A stretch of 63,365 nt of DNA, filler included, from Globobulimina sp. (Eukaryota): the NCBI GenBank assembly GCA_003354225.1. It is 55 parts of 55 records of this genome, joined end to end, with 100 filler letters (N's around TTAATTAATTAA, not from the genome) between each part and the next. Parts side by side here need not be neighbours in the genome. Positions count along the whole stretch, not along the records: positions 61,160 to 62,212 come from PIVH01024762.1; positions 62,313 to 63,365 come from PIVH01024763.1; 53 more parts are not named here. One strand, 5' to 3'. The notes beneath the pieces are model-generated. The model did no database searches and had not been told where the DNA came from. It saw only the letters and a program-made list of their open reading frames with translations. The position numbers were made by a program, and so were the translations under genes. How positions within the stretch are numbered: the stretch's first letter is position 1; every line of letters starts with the position of its first letter. Shown one piece after another: positions 61,160-63,365 of the stretch.

Positions 61160-62212
61160 ATGTTTTCTTTAAGTCCGTGGCATCCACACCGTACAACACA
61201 AAAGAACCCCGATTCACAATCTCGGCCACCACCGACCCCGAATGCGGATATCTGGCCAATAATTCCATCGCTGACTCATAGCAGGTCACCACGACATTCC
61301 TTGCGCCATAATCAATGTCGCCATTCTCATCGCCGTTGTTTTGATTTGTTTTCCGCAGTTTATGCAACTTTGTCTTTGTTTGCGGTGCGCCGAATAAACG
61401 GGATAAGGCTCGGCCAAATGATAAATTTCCATCGCCGACCACCAAGATGCGATCCTTTTTGGTGTGGATTAAATTTGCGGGCTGCAGATATGTTTTATAT
61501 TGGTGCGTGATGGTGGGCAGAAAGGGAATTTGCGATTTCTTGAAGAATATCTTATATTTATCGCTCACACTCCATACAATGCACCGGATCGCTCTGCGAG
61601 CACAGTTCCGGACGTAAGCCGACGTGGCCTCCATTTGGGTCAAACCCACCAATAAATGCAAGGTATTGCTGCGCAAAATGATGGATATTAACGAGTCAAT
61701 GCTGGTTTTACTTTTTGTTGTGCCGCGATTCGACAATATTTCGCGCGATTTCCCACGTAACATTTTCTCGAAATTATTGCATAAATCCGCCACAACGATA
61801 TTTTGCTCCTCTTTTTTATCCGAATCAGACTCATTATTCACACATTCATGCAATAACTGCACAAACACCAAATCATTCTTATTCAAGTCAATGTTTTCTG
61901 TTTGTTTGGAGGATATGTTTTTATATTTCACTGCGATGTCATTCCATAAATTGGTAATATAAAAATTCATCGATTCTGCTTCATTCACGCTCACATTCAC
62001 GCTCTCGCTGTTATTATTGCTGTGGTTGGCATTGCAATTGTTATTTTTCAACTTTTTCCAGGTATTTAGGTTCAAATTTGTTTTCTGTTTATATTGCTGG
62101 CATAAATGGCATAATTTTTGCAATAATACTATGTAATTATTGTGGTCACAGACTAGCGGATCGAATAATATTTCCACCAATGAGCATATTCGAAAATGCC
62201 TTTCCGGCTGAT
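61160..62212 (-). CDS. BMT5: DUF2431/BMT5-like rRNA uridine methyltransferase domain with long N-terminal extension, partial
   Basis: RILVVGDGNLSFGRAL...NVVVTCYES...YP...VLYGVDATDL. Confidence 0.85.
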
Positions 62213-62312
62213 NNNNNNNNNNNNNNNNNNNNNNNNNNNNNNNNNNNNNNNNNNNNTTAATTAATTAANNNNNNNNNNNNNNNNNNNNNNNNNNNNNNNN
62301 NNNNNNNNNNNN

Positions 62313-62893
62313 TTTGCTTCATGTTCACCATCATTGATAATAAAAGGTCCGTATATTATTAACTTATTCCCCTTTTCAAGTATTGATGCTGAACCACGAA
62401 ATAAAGCAATACTACATTGCCATTCTGTGATATGAATGACATTTGCAATGTAAATTAGTTTAATATTTTTGTTTCCATATTTTGATTCCCAATGATCGTT
62501 TAATAAATTTAATATTCTTGGTTTTAAAATGAATGATTTAATATTAAATTTACTAAGATTTATTCGTTGTTGTATTCCAAGAAAACATTCATTTATATAA
62601 TCTGTCGGCTGCCATTTACATTGAATTATATTACATAAATTTGTTGAATAAATCTGTTCTGCAAAATATTGACAATGTTGACCATGACGAGAACCAATTT
62701 CCAAAACAATACCTGATTTAGGAAGAAATTGTTTTAATTGCTCAAATATTGGCGCTTTATTACGTTCAGATGCTGGGCAATATGGTAATGATATGACAAG
62801 TTTTTCATTATATTTAGGTTGGTTGAAATTGTAATTGTTAACATATTGCAATGCTGAATCGATAGCACTTAGAACATCAAGTTCATACGCCAT
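62313..62893 (-). CDS. METTL26: DUF938/METTL26-like methyltransferase, 3'-partial
   Basis: PASERNKAPI, VLEIGSRHGQH, WQPTD, ANVIHITEW and LIIYGPF. Confidence 0.9.
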
Positions 62894-62999
62894 GTTTCAT
62901 TTATGTTAAAGAGGTACTAGTTTTGCAAATTCTGTTGTCAGACTGTTGTGGATGATAATCTGTTTTTTTTGTTACCTTCCACTGCATGCAACTGAATTT

Positions 63000-63365
63000 T
63001 CAAGATATTTCAAACAAATTGTGATTGTTGGAGAAAAATGAGAAATGCGTGGATCTAAACACACGATGCAAAACGAAGTTTGGATGTTGGTCAAATGACA
63101 TTGTTTTATCATGTTCCAATATGAATAATCCATAGCCAATTTGCAATATCCCTCGCTCAAAGATCAAATCTGGAATATGCTGATATTTGATTGCATTCAT
63201 ACCATATGGCGGTCCAGCAAAACATAGATCTAATTTGTTGTCATCATATTTCTTAATGAACCTAAAAACATCTGATTTTATAATTGTTGTATTGCCACAA
63301 ATATCAAACATTTTGCATTGCTCGTTTATAACCTCAAGACAATTTTTGTAATGATCCACAAATAT
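63000..63365 (-). CDS. rsmD: RsmD-like 16S rRNA m2G966 methyltransferase, 5'-partial
   Basis: VD...SDVFRFI...DLCFAGPPY...IPDLIFE...FILEH...HPNF...THFSFF. Confidence 0.8.
   Translation of the reverse strand: MFVDHYKNCLEVINEQCKMFDICGNTTIIKSDVFRFIKKYDDNKLDLCFAGPPYGMNAIKYQHIPDLIFERGILQIGYGLFILEHDKTMSFDQHPNFVLHRVFRSTHFSFFSNNHNLFEIS

Noticed and set aside
1056..62312. Regularly spaced TTAATTAATTAA as a biological repeat or CRISPR-like array
   Set aside because: It is always centred in exactly 88 Ns between size-sorted contigs, so it is a concatenation linker. ORFs ending in X...LIN or X...N are artefacts of it.
1187..63365. Window-wide alternative genetic code
   Set aside because: TAA and TGA end conserved genes at expected positions (REV3 TAA, TOR TGA), and long frames lack internal stops. 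Only two isolated exceptions were found, reported separately.

Overview
This window is not a continuous locus. It is 55 short contigs sorted by size (15 of 1055 bp, 20 of 1054 bp, 20 of 1053 bp), joined by 54 identical 100-bp artificial spacers (N44-TTAATTAATTAA-N44). Adjacency across spacers has no biological meaning, and almost every gene is a fragment. Most contigs are AT-rich eukaryotic DNA with short GT-AG introns. Their gene content (RGS, degenerate G-alpha, 7TM-like, SPRY, F-box-like, sulfatases, TOR, REV3, YJU2, SERINC, SEC14, TBC, MATE, a ceruloplasmin-like oxidase, BMT5 and METTL26) is compatible with a protist such as a foraminiferan; that host call is inference. Mixed in are bacterial pieces (IS66 transposase, PEP/pyruvate-binding domain, an rsgA fragment), a T4-like phage baseplate fragment (gp53-gp54), an asfarvirus-like giant-virus fragment (RPB6, RPB9, thioredoxin-like ORF, AAAATTGA motif), probable metazoan DNA (sushi exon, mucin-like gene, LINE endonuclease) and several apparently chimeric contigs suggesting whole-genome-amplification artefacts. 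The best leads are a RAG1/Transib-like transposase fragment with a coiled-coil insertion, the asfarvirus-like fragment, a G-alpha-like protein lacking DxxGQ that shares a short motif with a SPRY protein, and in-frame stops in two conserved genes. No complete multi-gene novel system can be shown, because no contig exceeds about 1 kb. All family calls come from motif recognition by eye; no database search was run.
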